Below are positions 13,530 to 26,784 of a DNA stretch of 64,000 nt, one piece after another; position 1 is the stretch's first letter, and each line of letters starts with the position of its first letter. Position numbers and translations under genes: made by a program. The notes beneath the pieces were generated by a model. The model was not told where the DNA came from and did not search any database. It saw only the letters and a list, made by a program, of their open reading frames with translations. This stretch comes from Octopus sinensis (Eukaryota), in the NCBI RefSeq assembly GCF_006345805.1, contig NC_042998.1:106454001-106518000 (forward strand), given 5' to 3'.

Positions 13530-13690
13530 CAGTTTGGTGCCAGTGACATTGTTACCCATTTCTACATCTGAGTGAACTGGAGCCATGTGAAATAAAATGC
13601 CGTGCTCAAAAACACAATACACAATCTGGTCCAGGAATCAAACTGACTACTGTGAGCCCAATGCTCAAACCACTGAGCTATGCACCTTCA
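13530..13690 (-). mobile_element. SINE family B-related fragment
   Basis: ctgagtgaactggagc.atgtgaaataaa block shared with 51900-51950. Confidence 0.65.
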
Positions 13691-13705
13691 CTTATTAAGA
13701 CATTA

Positions 13706-14118
13706 TACTCTTTTACTCTTTTACTTGTTTCAATCATTTGACTGCAGCCATGCTGGAGCACCGCCTTTAGTCGAGCAAATCGACCCCGGGACTTATTCTT
13801 TGCGAGCCCAGTACTTAATCTATCGGTCTCTTTTGCCGAACCGCTAGGTAGCGGGGACGTAAACACACCAGCATCGGTTGTCAAGCAATGCTAGACGGAC
13901 AAACACAGATACACAAACACACACACGCATATATATATATATATACATATATACGACGGGCTTCTTTCAGTTTCCATCTACCAAATCCACTCACAAGGCT
14001 TTGGTTGGCCCGAGGCTATAGTAGAAGACACTTGCCCAAGGTGCCACACAGTGGGACTGAACCCGGAACCATGTGGTTGGTAAACAAGCTACTTACCACA
14101 CAGCCACTCCTGCACCTA
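13706..14118 (-). mobile_element. SINE family A, full-length
   Basis: Reverse complement of 7094-7503. Confidence 0.9.
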
Positions 14119-14403
14119 TGATAATGAATTTAGTGCTTTCTTACAAATTGAGGGCCAATCTAATATTACACAATGCTTTATAATGAAGATGAGATTAGTT
14201 ACATCCATATACATGAGTTGGATGAAATAATGGAGACACCTAGCATCATAGCATCATGATTTTGAAATATTTATAAAACCATCAAAAGCTTGTTTATTTT
14301 TATGTTTTTTGATTTGTTATTAGTGTTGCTTAATATGTTTTGCTAAAATTGCTGTTTCTTTTCAGATATCATCAGAAGAAGGTAATTAAAATTCATTAAA
14401 ATG

Positions 14404-14671
14404 ACAGATCTCAATATCATTGAACATTTATGGTGCATTTTAGAAAAACAAGTAAGGAGTTGATATCCTCCACCATCACCACTACAAGAACTAGAGACTG
14501 TTTTAGCTGAAAAAGGGACAAAACTTCCTTTGGAAGCAATTCAAACTTTGTACAAGTCCATATCTTGTAGAATTCAAGCTACAATTATTGCCAAAGGCAG
14601 TCCTACCCCATATTAAAATTAATTTGTTTGAAAGTTGAAGGTGTTTTCATTATTTTGTCCAACTCCTTGTA
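14404..14671 (+). mobile_element. Tc1-type transposon 3' end
   Basis: Translation DLNIIEHLWCILEKQVRS*...LYKSISCRIQATIIAKGSPTPY* matches the Tc1 DD34E C-terminus; TIR-like end ttttgtccaactccttgta. Confidence 0.75.
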
Positions 14672-15046
14672 TATGTAGTCTTTCACAGTGGAAGTGGTTC
14701 CATGAAGGAATGAGGATTGAACTGAAGACTCATTAAACTCACACTCTTAAACTACGAATGATATTAGAGCAAATTTACTTGATACCTCAACAAAACTTTT
14801 GATGTATTGTGAATGACATAACTTATATGCATAAGAGTACACAGTTGACTTAACAATAATTACTAGTATATCAATATTATATGCAGTTGTAAGTGTGGTG
14901 GAATGCATGTGCATGTATGCATGTGTGTGTGTATGTGTGTGTATGTGTGCATGTGTGCATAATTTCTTAAGCTTTCTGCTAAAATAATGAAGATCATCAA
15001 ATATAAATACAAGTAGTAGATATGTGGATATGTGTGTGTATGTGTG

Positions 15047-15271
<225 letters not shown>

Positions 15272-15470
15272 GTATGTGTATTTTTTCAATGTGTACAAAC
15301 AACACAGAAAAAATAAATAAATAGTTGCCAGGGTAGCAAAAATTCACATAGGTACCAAGGATGTGATAGCCTACTTATAAAGGTAGAAATTCCAGGGTTA
15401 ACTGAAATGTTTTTGTATAACATAGATAAATAAATGGAGTTAAACACAGGTGTTCTTCAATTTTTTATGC

Positions 15471-15558
15471 TTCCAACATATGTTTCAAAGAAAACATTAA
15501 TATTATTCCTAAAGGAATAAAATAATGTAAAACAATGCAATCTTCTCATCAGGGGGAA
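15471..15558 (-). ncRNA. Type I hammerhead motif, left arm
   Basis: Minus: cc CTGATGA gaaga...tcttt GAAA catatg TT gg; helix I weakened. Confidence 0.6.
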
Positions 15559-16117
15559 AAAAAACAAACACATCAACAAGACATTTTTAACAGAATGTGA
15601 TGACTGCATATATGATGAAGAGAATGGTAGCAAGTCATTTAAAAAAAAAACGTTAATAGATATAACATCAAAGGTGATTTATAGAAAGAGGAGGGGAAAG
15701 AAAGAAATTAGCAGAAAACTAATAGTGAAGAAATATAGAGCAATAGGTGAATACGTATAAAGCTTAGAGGCGTGGAAATAGATATATTTAGTGGATATGA
15801 AATTTAAGAAAACAGTTAAAGAACAAGCTCTATATATTCGTAGACCTCAAGCTTTAACTGTTTTCTTACATTTCATATCCACTAAATATATCGATTTCAA
15901 TGCCTTTAAGCTTTACACATATTCACCTATTGCTCTATATTTCTACACTATTAATTTTCTGCTACTTTCTTTCTCCTCCTTCTCTTTCTATAAATTGCCT
16001 TTGACATTATATCTATTAATGGTTTTTTTGAAAAATGACTTGCCACCATTCTCTTCCTCATATACGCAGTCATCACATTCTGTTAAAATGTCTTGTTGAT
16101 GTATTTGGTTTCTTCTT

Positions 16118-16202
16118 TTCCTTGATGAGAAGGTTGTGTTGTTTTACATTATTTTATTCCTTCGGGAATAATACAATGTTTTCTTCGAAACATATGTTGG
16201 AA
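16118..16202 (+). ncRNA. Type I hammerhead motif, right arm (C3 to U)
   Basis: ttcc tTGATGA gaag...cttc GAAA catatg TT ggaa. Confidence 0.6.
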
Positions 16203-16272
16203 GTATAAAGAATTGAATAATACCTGCGTTTAACTCCATATATTTATTTATTTATCTACATCCATCCATCTA

Positions 16273-16306
<34 letters not shown>

Positions 16307-16897
16307 TATGCATACATGTGAACAGACATACATAAATACATACACATCTATCTATAAATGTTCTAATATTTACACAACCTTGGTTTTTTATCTCATTTCA
16401 CAAAAAATTCTTAAATACATACACATATATATTCATATATATATAGATACATTGTCATCATCATTCTTTAACATCTATGCATATATATATATATATATAT
16501 ATAATATATATATATATATATGTGTGGTGTGTGTGTGTGTGTGTGTATGAATATATGCATGTGTATGTATGGATGAGATACAATATACAGTATACAGTAT
16601 CATATCATCTACTTGTTTTTGTCACTGAGTGATATATGCACATTCAATGAGCTGCTGCTATTTACATTATACCTACCTTCCTTGCTCTCTGTCTCTGCTT
16701 CATAAAACAATATCTGTGCTGACATTTCAAAAAAGTTTTGATAAAAATATTTTGTCAATATTTCTTGTGATCACATTCTGTTGCTATCATCTATATTTCT
16801 ATACATTACTAGGTTTTCATAAGCTCGCAAATGTCTATTTGACTATTTTCCACTGACTATGGATATGTCCAATTTAAATGTTGAGTATTAGAAGCAT

Positions 16898-17255
16898 ACT
16901 CTTTTACTCTTTTACTTATTTCAGTCATTTGACTGCGGCCATGCTGGAGCACCGCCTTTAATCGAGCAACTCGACCCCGGGACTTATTCTTTTGTAAGCC
17001 CAGTACTTATTCTATCAGTCTCTTTTGCCGAACCGCTAAGTAACAGGGGACATAAACACACCAGCATCGGTTGTCAAGCAATGCTAGAGGGACAAACACA
17101 GACACACAAACACACACACGCATATATATATATACATATATACAACAGGCTTCTTTCAGTTTCTGTCTACCAAATCCACTCACAAGGCTTTGGTCGGCCC
17201 GAGGCTATAGTAGAAGACACTTGCCCAAGGTGCCACGCAGTGGGACTGAACCCGG
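16898..17255 (-). mobile_element. SINE family A, 5'-truncated
   Basis: High similarity to 13706-14118. Confidence 0.9.
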
Positions 17256-17394
17256 AGTTGAATGTTTCTCAATATGCCTTTTCTTTATTAGACCTTATTA
17301 TTTTTCCACAGCTTTATCTAATGTATTCTTCATTTTTTTCAAGACAGTAGGTATTTCTAGTAAAGTGCTAGTCTAGTAACAGACAAGACTAGAT

Positions 17395-17590
17395 GTGGGC
17401 ACGGTTGTGGGGTTAAGCAGTTCAGTAACCAGCCACATGGTTTTAGGTTCAATTCTACTGCATGGCACCTTAGACAAGTGTATGATAATCCAAAGCTGAC
17501 CACAGCCTTGTAAGGGAATTTGGCAGATGGAAACTGGAAGAAGCTCATTATATACATGTGTGTATGTGTGTATATATATATATATATAGG
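17395..17590 (+). mobile_element. SINE family A, diverged 5' half
   Basis: ccacatggttttaggttcaatt...ggcaccttagacaagtg. Confidence 0.7.
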
Positions 17591-18608
17591 TAAGCCTTCT
17601 TTTTTCTGTCGAGGGCTTATATGCCCCTTTACACTATTTTCCTTAGTCATAGTACGGTGATCACCATAAGCTTTAAGCTTATATAAAAATACTATGTGTG
17701 TGTGTGTGTGTGTGTGTGTGTTTGTGTTTGCAAGGATGTGTGTATAGATGCATGTGTGTTCTTGTAAATGAGCACCATTTTCATTCAATTAGTATCCCCT
17801 GTTTCCAACTTTCCCCATGCCTAGGACATACCTAACCATGGGGAAATATTACCTTACTTGGAAGCAGATGAGGTATAGTGATAGGAAGGGCATCTAGCCA
17901 TAGAAAATCTGTCTTAACAAATAATTTTCTCTAACCCAAGCAAGTATGAAAAAGTGGACAATCGACCAATGATGATGTGCTTTGAGGAAGATTCATTTTC
18001 CTTATTTCTCACAAGTTGAGCAAGTAGTTCTGTTGTTTTATATTTTTTCTGTTTTCCCTTTAATATTTCTTCCCTTGTTCTTGGTATTAGCATTTTACAA
18101 GAATTATTCTAGGTATTAATATACTCATAAATACCTGGATTAATCTAAAACATTGCCTTTGTTTCAGAACAAAATCTAATTCAATAAATATTTACAAAAT
18201 AATAGCAATCTCAAGAAACTGAAATGGTGTGATTGTGAATTTTCCTTAGTCAAGGAATTGTTTTTAAATGCATTTATTATGTAAACTAGCTGACTACTTG
18301 CTGTCAATAATGATGATTAACTGTAGTATTTTATGTATAAATAAGGTACAAAATAAGGTCATAATAAACACACATACAAACATTCACATACTTCACTTGT
18401 TCACGCACTCACATGCACACATATACTTACACAGAGTTCAAACACTGATTATTTTTCACCCATCCCTTCCTTATTCATCTATCACGCCTTCTTTTCTCTC
18501 ATTGCCATTACTCCTTCTCTGTCAGGGCTATTACTCTCACTACTTCTCCTTCACTGAATTATTATTTTCTCTCCCCCTCCACGTCTGGCATGATTCTGGA
18601 CAAATGTG

Positions 18609-18644
<36 letters not shown>

Positions 18645-18821
18645 ACACACACACATGTAAATATTAAAAAAAACACTACGCTCATTATTATATTAGGAGA
18701 TAAAAGAGGAGTTGGAGGGAGAGGAAAGCAAATAAAATATAGAGATACAGTATAATAGATATCACTCGATCAACTATTCTTCTCACAGAGTGGCAGTAAA
18801 GGGATTTGTTAGACTGCAATG

Positions 18822-20072
18822 TCCAAGGGTGGGCTGAAAAGTTCATTGGCTGACTATGAAGGAGTGATGCTAGAGCCATGAAATTATGCATACATTAATT
18901 TCAACTCTCCTTATTAATAACTGCATTGTTCCTTTCCAGGTAAACTCACATCTGACAGTTCAAAGAAGACTTCAAATGCAAATAGTAGCAACTTCTCTTG
19001 AATATGAACAAAAGTTGGAATTGTTGTGTTATCAAGAACCTGTGGGAAAAGGATTTAGCCCCCAGCAATATTCATGCTGACATGTTTACTGCATTAGAGG
19101 ATGATGCTCCAGCTTTATCAACAGTGCAGAAGTGGGCAGCTTAATTTAGGAGGGGAAGGGAGAGTCTTGGCGATGACCCAAGGTTTGAATGTCCTGCAAC
19201 TGCCACCACCAATGAAAACATTGTCTTCACCATGTGGTGATAGATCACAGGTGACCAAATGCACTATTTGCATATCCCATGAGAGAGTTGAGAATACTTT
19301 GTACAAAGAACTTGAAGGTTTCTCATTGGTGAGTGTCACATCTTCAGACACCTGATCAAAAGCGCACCTGGCTAACCACGTCATAGGATAATCTGACGTT
19401 GTTTGAAGCAGATCCAGCTGGTTTCCTTGAATGTTTCCTAAACCAAGATGAGTGTTGTCTTCATCACTTTGAGCCAGATACAAAGACACAATCCACCCCT
19501 CACCTACACTAAAGAAGGCCATGGTCGTTTCATCTACAGTGAAGATGATGGCCTCAGTTTTTTAGAATGCAAAAGGCATTGTGTTTATTTACTATCTTCA
19601 AAGGGCTAAAACATCAATGGAGAGTACAATGACAACTTGCTGAGGCAGTTATGAAAGGCTATCAAGATCAAACACCCAGGAAAACTGACAAAAGGGGTCT
19701 TGTTTCATCAGGATAATGTTCTAACACAAAAGTCCTTATTTTCAATGGCTACAGTGTGTGACTGTGGCTTTGAACTGGTTGATCATCTTCTCTATTCTCC
19801 TGATTTGGCTCTATCTGACTATAATCTGTTATCCAACATGAAAAAGCACATGGCTAGGAACCAGTATTGCAGTGTTGATGATGTCATATCTGGAGTTGAT
19901 GACTTAATTTTACCAGCAGGATGAAAGCTTCTTCACCAATGGGGTTCTAGAACTGCAACACGATAGAAGTGCATGGACCACAAGGAGGACTATGTTGAAA
20001 AATTAACCTCATTTGATCACATTCCAGGAGAGTATCTTGGTCAGCGTGTGAATTTTTATGCTGATCCTCATA
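18822..20072 (+). mobile_element. Degenerate mariner element, near full length
   Basis: Imperfect TIRs aagggtgggctgaaaagttca / tgaatttttatgctgatcctcata; fragments NQDE..HHFEP, FHQDN and YSPDLALSDY; many stops and frameshifts. Confidence 0.85.
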
Positions 20073-20971
20073 AACACATCTTTTCTTGGCCCCTTCACTA
20101 GCCAACTCAGAGAGAGGAGGGAGAGAGGGAGAGAGGGAGAGGGGGCAAGAGGAAGAGAGTGCAAGAGGGAGAGAGAGGAGAAATTACTTGGCTGTTACTT
20201 AATTGTGGCAAGTATAAACATTTAAGAAATTTTATAAAAATCATTTTCAAGATAGCTGAAGTAGACTGTAAGATACTTATGCAATGACAGCAATTGTGTC
20301 ATTAATTGTTGTTTTCTGTTATTCTGAATGCTGTTATTTTCGAACTTTCCTATAATGTAGATTCTTATATAGAAGACACCAATTTTTCTTATTGTATTGT
20401 TAATGAGCCAAATTTCTTAAATAATGATAGTTGCAAGAATTGATTGGTAGTGGCTGACGATGGCCATCATTTGCATGAATTGAGTTGATAATAAAAGCAA
20501 AAAATGTCTTTAATATGGTATTGTCAGATAAAACAGAGGCTATTACTACAGTCATGGTCTTTTATCAAGAAGATAGAATAAAGGGCCTCATCTGAAGCAT
20601 CTGTCATTAATTCATGTTAAAGCACAACAGCATACATGTCAACAGAGTCAATGAAGGAGTTACCAAATGGTTGATCAACTTGCTAGAATTAACACTTAGG
20701 GCTGACTTGTTCAAGTAAACCCATCGAAGCAGTGCTCCAGCATGACCACAGTCCAGTGAGTGCAATTCTTGGGATACCCCTTCATTCTCATCTGATGATC
20801 ACAGCCTTTTAAAATGATCTAATGTTTCTCATTCTTCATTAAAAGTTATGCAAGAAACAACTGTAATGAGCTGACACATATCTACCATGTGTTTTTATTC
20901 ATTATATATATATATATCACCTGCCTTCGTCTTTTGTTTATTTTCATAAAGCTTCCCATTATATATATATA

Positions 20972-21707
20972 TATATCAAATGTGAGGATAAAATTCTTTT
21001 CGAAAAAAATATTTTCTCGAAAAAAATTTCATCAATGGCCAGCATATTAAAAAATACCTTTAACGGTTAAATTTATAAACAATTCATAAATTTCTGTCGA
21101 CCTTTTTTCGAGTAGCGTGCATATTGTGGAAAAATTATATGGTTAATGGACAATATGTCCAATTTTTCGGCATACTTGGCATTAGAAATTTTTTCCTTTG
21201 CCCTCATTTATGAATTGTTTATAAATTTAACCGTTAAAGGTATTTTTTAATATACTGGCCATTGGTAAAATTTTTTTGGAGAAGATATTTTTTATGGGAA
21301 AAGAATTTTATCCTCACATTTGATATAAATTTAAGCGTTCACTTCTGAACTAACTAACTCACTCTGTGAGAGACTCAGTTCAAATCGCACATGCCTCGAA
21401 TGGGCTGGAGTATTTCTATTTTGGATGTATTTGGGGTACTTAGTTGTGCCCATGACTTAGTATTTGCTTCTTCCATGGGTATGAGTAAGTATCTCATTTA
21501 GTTCTTTTGCCACATGTATCACTGACGAAGAGAGGGTTCTTAGTAGCTAACTCTGAAATCGGTCCGATATGGTAATAATGGAATTTTTTAGAAATTTCTG
21601 TCGACCTTTTTTTGAGTATTGTGAAAAAATTATATGGTTAATGGTCAATATGTCCAATTTTTTGGCATATTTGGCATTAGAAATTTTTTACTTTGCCCTC
21701 ATTTATG

Positions 21708-21711
<4 letters not shown>
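20972..21711 (+). mobile_element. Penelope-like pLTR remnant with inverted and direct repeats
   Basis: Inverted arms 20972-21091 / 21206-21327; direct repeats 21088-21216 / 21592-21711; internal hammerhead; (TA)n on both sides. Confidence 0.8.
21517..21574 (+). ncRNA. Type I hammerhead ribozyme motif, intact core
   Basis: tatca CTGACGA agag...ctct GAAA tcggtccga TA tggta; all three helices pair. Confidence 0.85.
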
Positions 21712-21741
<30 letters not shown>

Positions 21742-21743
21742 AT

Positions 21744-22970
21744 TACAAGGTGTGATGGATAAATTGTTGCCATTTTATATTTTTAACTTCACACACGTAC
21801 ATTGTTTTTGATATTGCTGACTATACAGTATAGCAGGGTCAGATGTGTACTAGCTGTGAGAAAAACAGTACCATGATGCAATTCACTCTGCCAGAAATTT
21901 AGAAACAATATGCTGTACTGCTTGGCATTCACACCAGAAGCTCCACTACAAACATTTCAGAGTATCTGGGTGTCAAGGACTGTGCAGAGGATTCAGAAAG
22001 AATTGGATGAGTTTAATGGTGATTACGAAGGTACAGCAGCTCAGAAAATTCATTCTGATAAGAATTTGTTGATGAGATCCAGGCCATGATTGACATCGAT
22101 TCCTCCAAGTCAACCGGGTCTATCGCCAGGGACATGGGAGAGTCTGAGTTTCTTATCAGGTAGGTAGTGCATGAAGACATTTGGCACTCCTCATACATAG
22201 ATGAAAAAGGGATAATTTTTATCCCAAGTCATCAAGGACAAGAGGAAATACTGAACTACAAAGCTTTTGAACAAACTCAAGCATCTGCTTCATCCAGACA
22301 TGCTTTGGTTTCTGCTAGGAAAAATTTCTACCAAGATCAGATGGTGAACACACAGAACAATTGTTGGTTTGCTCTGTCCCCAAAACATGAACCAAGAGTG
22401 ATAAAAGTCAAACATCCAGTCAACATCATGGTGTTTGGAGAGATCACTAGTGATAGCAACATTATGCCTCCATTCGTCTTCCTACATGGCCTCAGACTCA
22501 ACACAGAGGCCTACATCAAGTGCCTGGAGTAGGTAGTGCTGTCCTGGATAAAGAGGACCGCTGCAGGAAAACCCCTATGTCTGAAAACAGGACTCTGCAC
22601 CATGCCACACAAGCAGGAGAACTCAGTCATGGCTGTCAGACAATTTCTGTAATCACGTCACTCCTAACATCTGGCCACATAACTCCCTAGACTGCTACCC
22701 CCTTGATTATTATGTGTGGGACACAGTTGAGTAAGAGACAAGCGAAACTCCTTATAACACCAAAGATAAACTGAAGGCAAGGATTATGGCAGCATTGACT
22801 AACTTATACAAAGAGCTGTCCAGAAGATTTACCGGAGATTCCAAAGTCATCTGGAGGCTGTGGTTGAAGCCAATGGCAATTTTGTTGAAAAGAAGATATT
22901 TTTAGGTAATTTTGATAAATATATCTGTTAAAATGAGATGTCAGTGTCTTTTTATTTTTGCCCAAGTTAA
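21744..22970 (+). mobile_element. DD37D (maT-like) Tc1/mariner transposon, degenerate
   Basis: QD-SAPCHTSRRTQSWLSDNFCNHVTPNIWPHNSLDCYPL-DYYVW has 37 residues between the Asp residues; left end tacaaggtgtgatggataaattg. Confidence 0.85.
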
Positions 22971-22984
22971 AACTACTACTCACC

Positions 22985-23164
22985 TTGCCTGTGCTTGTGC
23001 CATATAAAAAGCACTAAGTCCACTCTGCTGAATGGTTGGTGTTAGGAAGGGCATCCAGCTGTAAAACTCCTGCCAAAACAGTCACAGAAGTTTGGTGCAG
23101 GCTTCTGCTTGGCCAGCTCTTATGGTACCATCCCACCCATGCAAGCATAGAACACAGACATTAA

Positions 23165-23200
<36 letters not shown>
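22985..23200 (+). mobile_element. RTE-type 3' tail fragment with (ATG)n
   Basis: ttaggaagggcatccagctgta block and atg tail. Confidence 0.75.
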
Positions 23201-23293
23201 GGGATGATATATATATATATATATATAACATGTGAATCGTTGGCGATTTTTTTCCTCTGTCTTCCTTTTCACTTGGACTTTCCTCTGTCTCCT

Positions 23294-23328
23294 GTTTCTG
23301 AAGAAAAGCTTTGCTCAAAACGTAAAGC
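23294..23328 (+). ncRNA. Decayed minimal hammerhead motif
   Basis: gttt CTGAAGA aaagc ttt gctc aAAA cg TA aagc; GAAA changed to AAAA; in a short element between (TA)n tracts. Confidence 0.55.
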
Positions 23329-23624
23329 CACCTTCCCTTCGTTCCCTAAGCATCTGCTAATACACTGCATGTACCATGTCCTCACAGTGTTGCTTTTTAT
23401 CTTGTGTTTGTTCTCCATTTTGGGGGGGGGGCGATTTACTATATATATATATATATATGTGTCTCTGTGTGTGTGTCCACCACCACCACCACCACCACTA
23501 CTAGTGTTGGTTTGTTTACGTTCCCATAACTTAAAAGTTGGTGAAATAAATATATTCATCTCATACCCGCTGACTTCCTTTATATTTTATATTTGTCTGT
23601 CTGTATGTGTGTATGAATGTATGC

Positions 23625-23657
<33 letters not shown>

Positions 23658-24362
23658 TGTATGTATGTATGTATATGTGTTTGAGTGTGTGCATGTGTTT
23701 CCATGTCTTAACATTGTGTGATAGTTGTAAATGAGTGCCACTGTCATACAGGCAGTGTCATTAATTTCCTATATTCTGTGAGAACATACCTGGCAATGGG
23801 GGAATATTACCTTGTTTAAAGACAGGTGAGGGTGGATGACAGAAAGGGCATCCAGCTGTGGAAAATCTGTCTCGAATAAACCGTGCCAACTGAAGCAAGC
23901 ATGGAAAAGAGGATATTAAAACAACAACAACAACAGCAACAACAACAAGGGTGATGACGATGGAGTGAAACTGTTAACTGAATCAAAAAACAAAAAGAAT
24001 CAATACTAAAACAATAAACACAATAGTGAGTGACATGGTAGTCAACTGCCTCAACATCAGAGTTACATTAGTAGAATCAGAATGGTAAGGAATATATGAT
24101 ATAAGCTTTTACTACTAAAAATATGCTTTTTCCATTGGTATCTTTAGGGAAATCTACACAATGACTCTACTTGAATTGTTCTGGCAGCTACTAATATCAG
24201 CAACGATATCAGCATCAACATCATAAACAATAAGGCCAGTATATGAAGAAACAGTAACTTAAAAATGGTTTTTGGTTTTTTTTTTCTGGTATATTTCTAT
24301 ATATATATATATTTTATGTATAATGTTAATGTCTTGCTGTCATATCATGTGTGTGTGTGTAC

Positions 24363-24397
<35 letters not shown>

Positions 24398-24885
24398 TAT
24401 ATACATACATATATATATAAATATATATACATGCATGTATGTATGTATATATACATGCATACATTCATGCATACATGCATATATATGTATATATATATAT
24501 ATACACACAAATATATTGATACACACACATAATATTTTGTGTGGTGTGTGTGTATGCATAGATTTGTATCTGCACTTATCTGTGTACAATATCTGTGTGT
24601 ATATATATACACACACACATTTACATACACATAACGCAAATATAAGTATACTCACTCATGGACCTGTACACTCACCAAAGAAAAAATATATATACCTGAA
24701 AACATCTTAAACAAATATAATACAAGCATAAAAACATAACCACATTTATGGACATACACGTAAAAACATAAAAGTACACTTAAATAAATATAAATGCAAA
24801 CTTAAACAAACACATATATACACACAATGATAAGGTTTAAGCAAGCTTTAACCTAAAACCAAATTCAATAATTAGTATTATTGCA

Positions 24886-25242
24886 ATTTTTATCTCCCCC
24901 TTAGCAAAAGTGGAGGTATTGTTTTTCAGTCGTGTTTGTTTGTGTGTCCATGGACAAGATATTTCAAGAACCACTGGATGGATTAGGATAAAACTCTCAG
25001 GGATGTTTGGCCTCATGACTGGCACAAACTGATTAGATTTTGGGATCGATCTAGAACCGGGCAAGAATTCTGGATTGTTTTTCCTGTTTTTTTTTACTTA
25101 ATCTTTGAGAGCAGTCGGGTTCAGTTTTAGTATTCTCATTTGTGAGAGCAGTCGAGTTTATTTCAGATATTCTCATTTTAAAAAGCCATCTCTGGCTAAT
25201 CGTTAAGAGAACGTTGGTGTGTGCACTCTCTGAGTGCTCTTG
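24886..25242 (+). mobile_element. Helentron-associated (HINE-like) non-autonomous element
   Basis: ttttatctcc...ggaggtattgttttt start, gtttgtttgtgtgt repeat, 3' hairpin gcactc tct gagtgc. Confidence 0.6.
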
Positions 25243-25249
25243 CGCTAAA

Positions 25250-25455
25250 TTTCAAACTTTGGCATAAAGCCAGCAATATCATTGGAGGGGTTAATTTGAT
25301 TACATCAACCCCAATGCTCAACTGGTACTTATTCTGAAAGGATGAAAGGCAACGTCAACCATAGCAGAATTTGAACTTAGAACATAAAGATGGAAAAAAT
25401 GCTGCTAAGCATTTTGCCTGGCATGTTAATGATTCTGCCAGCTTGCCACCCTAGT
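25250..25455 (-). mobile_element. SINE family C
   Basis: gaaaggatgaaaggcaac...gattctgccagcttgcc. Confidence 0.75.
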
Positions 25456-25491
25456 AATTAGTTTAAGGTTATAGTTCTAAGTAATATTATT

Positions 25492-25735
25492 ATCATCATC
25501 ATCGTTTAACATCCGTTTTCCATGCTAGCATGGGTTGGACGGTTCAACTGGGGTCTGGGAAGCCAGAATGCTACACCAGGCCCAGTCTGATCTGGCAGTG
25601 TTTCTACAGCTGGATGCCCTTCCTAACGCCAACCACTCCGAGAGTGTAGTGGGTGCTTTTTATGTGCCACCTGCACAGGTGCCAGACGAGGCTGGCAAAC
25701 GGCCACAATCGGATGGTGCTTTTTATGTACGATTG
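25492..25735 (-). mobile_element. RTE-type 3' tail element
   Basis: Reverse complement of 55420-55611. Confidence 0.85.
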
Positions 25736-26031
25736 TGGCCATTGCCAGCCTCGTTACAAACCTAAACTCTGGTTTGATGCCTTTTGTCTAGCCCTACTGG
25801 ATACAGGAGTGAAGTGTGGAATGAACTATTGAGCCTTAACATTTGATTATGTGTTAAGTTTTCCAGTGCACACACATACACACACACAAATACACGCACA
25901 TACACATGCACACGCACACACACACACGCACACATGCACACACACACACACACACGTTTATAAGTTTCTATAGCTGGATGCCCTTCCTGTGGCTGGTATT
26001 CTTGTTAGCTGGCAGATCCATTAGCATATTA

Positions 26032-26468
26032 TAGGTGCAGGCATACCTGTGTGGTAAGAAGCTTGCTTCTCAACCATATGGTTCTGGGTTCAGTTCCATT
26101 GCATGGAACCTTCGGCAAGTGTTTTCTACTACAGCCTTGGGGCAGCCAAAACCTTGTGAGTGGATTTGGTAGACAGAAACTGAAAGAAGCCTGTCGAAGC
26201 CCGTCGTATATATATATATATATATGTATGTGTATGTGTGTGTTTGTGTGTATGTAATTGTGTTTGTGTGTTTGTCCCCCCAACATCGCTTGACAACCGA
26301 TGCTTGTGTGTTTACATCCCCATAACTTAGCAGTTCAGCAAAAGAGATCGATAGTAGAAGTACTAGGCTTACAAAGAATAAGCCCTGGGGTCGATTTGCT
26401 CAACTAAAGGCAGTGCTCCAGCATGCCCACAGTCAAATGATTGAAGCAAGTAAAAGAATAAAAGAATA
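26032..26468 (+). mobile_element. SINE family A, full-length
   Basis: Collinear with 7094-7503. Confidence 0.9.
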
Positions 26469-26784
26469 ACAGAACATGCGACAAAATGCTTAGTGGCATG
26501 TCTTCCAGCATTACTTTCTGAGTTCAAATGCTGCCAAGGTCAACTTTGTCTTCATCCTTTTGGATTCCATCAAAAAAGCAGTTGAGCTCTAGGATTTCCC
26601 TCAAAACTTCAAGCTTTGCACCTATAGAAGAAAGGATCATTTTTATCACTGTTATTGCCACTGTCAGATGTCTCCTTCCTTTCTCAAGATGTTAGTGCTT
26701 GATTGGAGGATGATTTGGCTTGTTATTTCTACCAGATTGGACAACCACATAGAGGTTCTCTCATTTTTTTTTAGCTGCTAATGG

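Larger units (their letters stand above)
15423..16258. repeat. ~400-bp inverted repeat (arms 15423-15821 and 15852-16258), PLE-derived
   Basis: Arms are diverged reverse complements around a 30-bp spacer; each arm holds a hammerhead motif; flanked by (TA)n. Confidence 0.9.

Noticed and set aside
14350-14388. Possible 16-nt micro-exon (ttttcag ATATCATCAGAAGAAG gtaatt)
   Set aside because: Splice-like signals only; adjacent to a Tc1 relic, no partner exons; needs RNA-seq.
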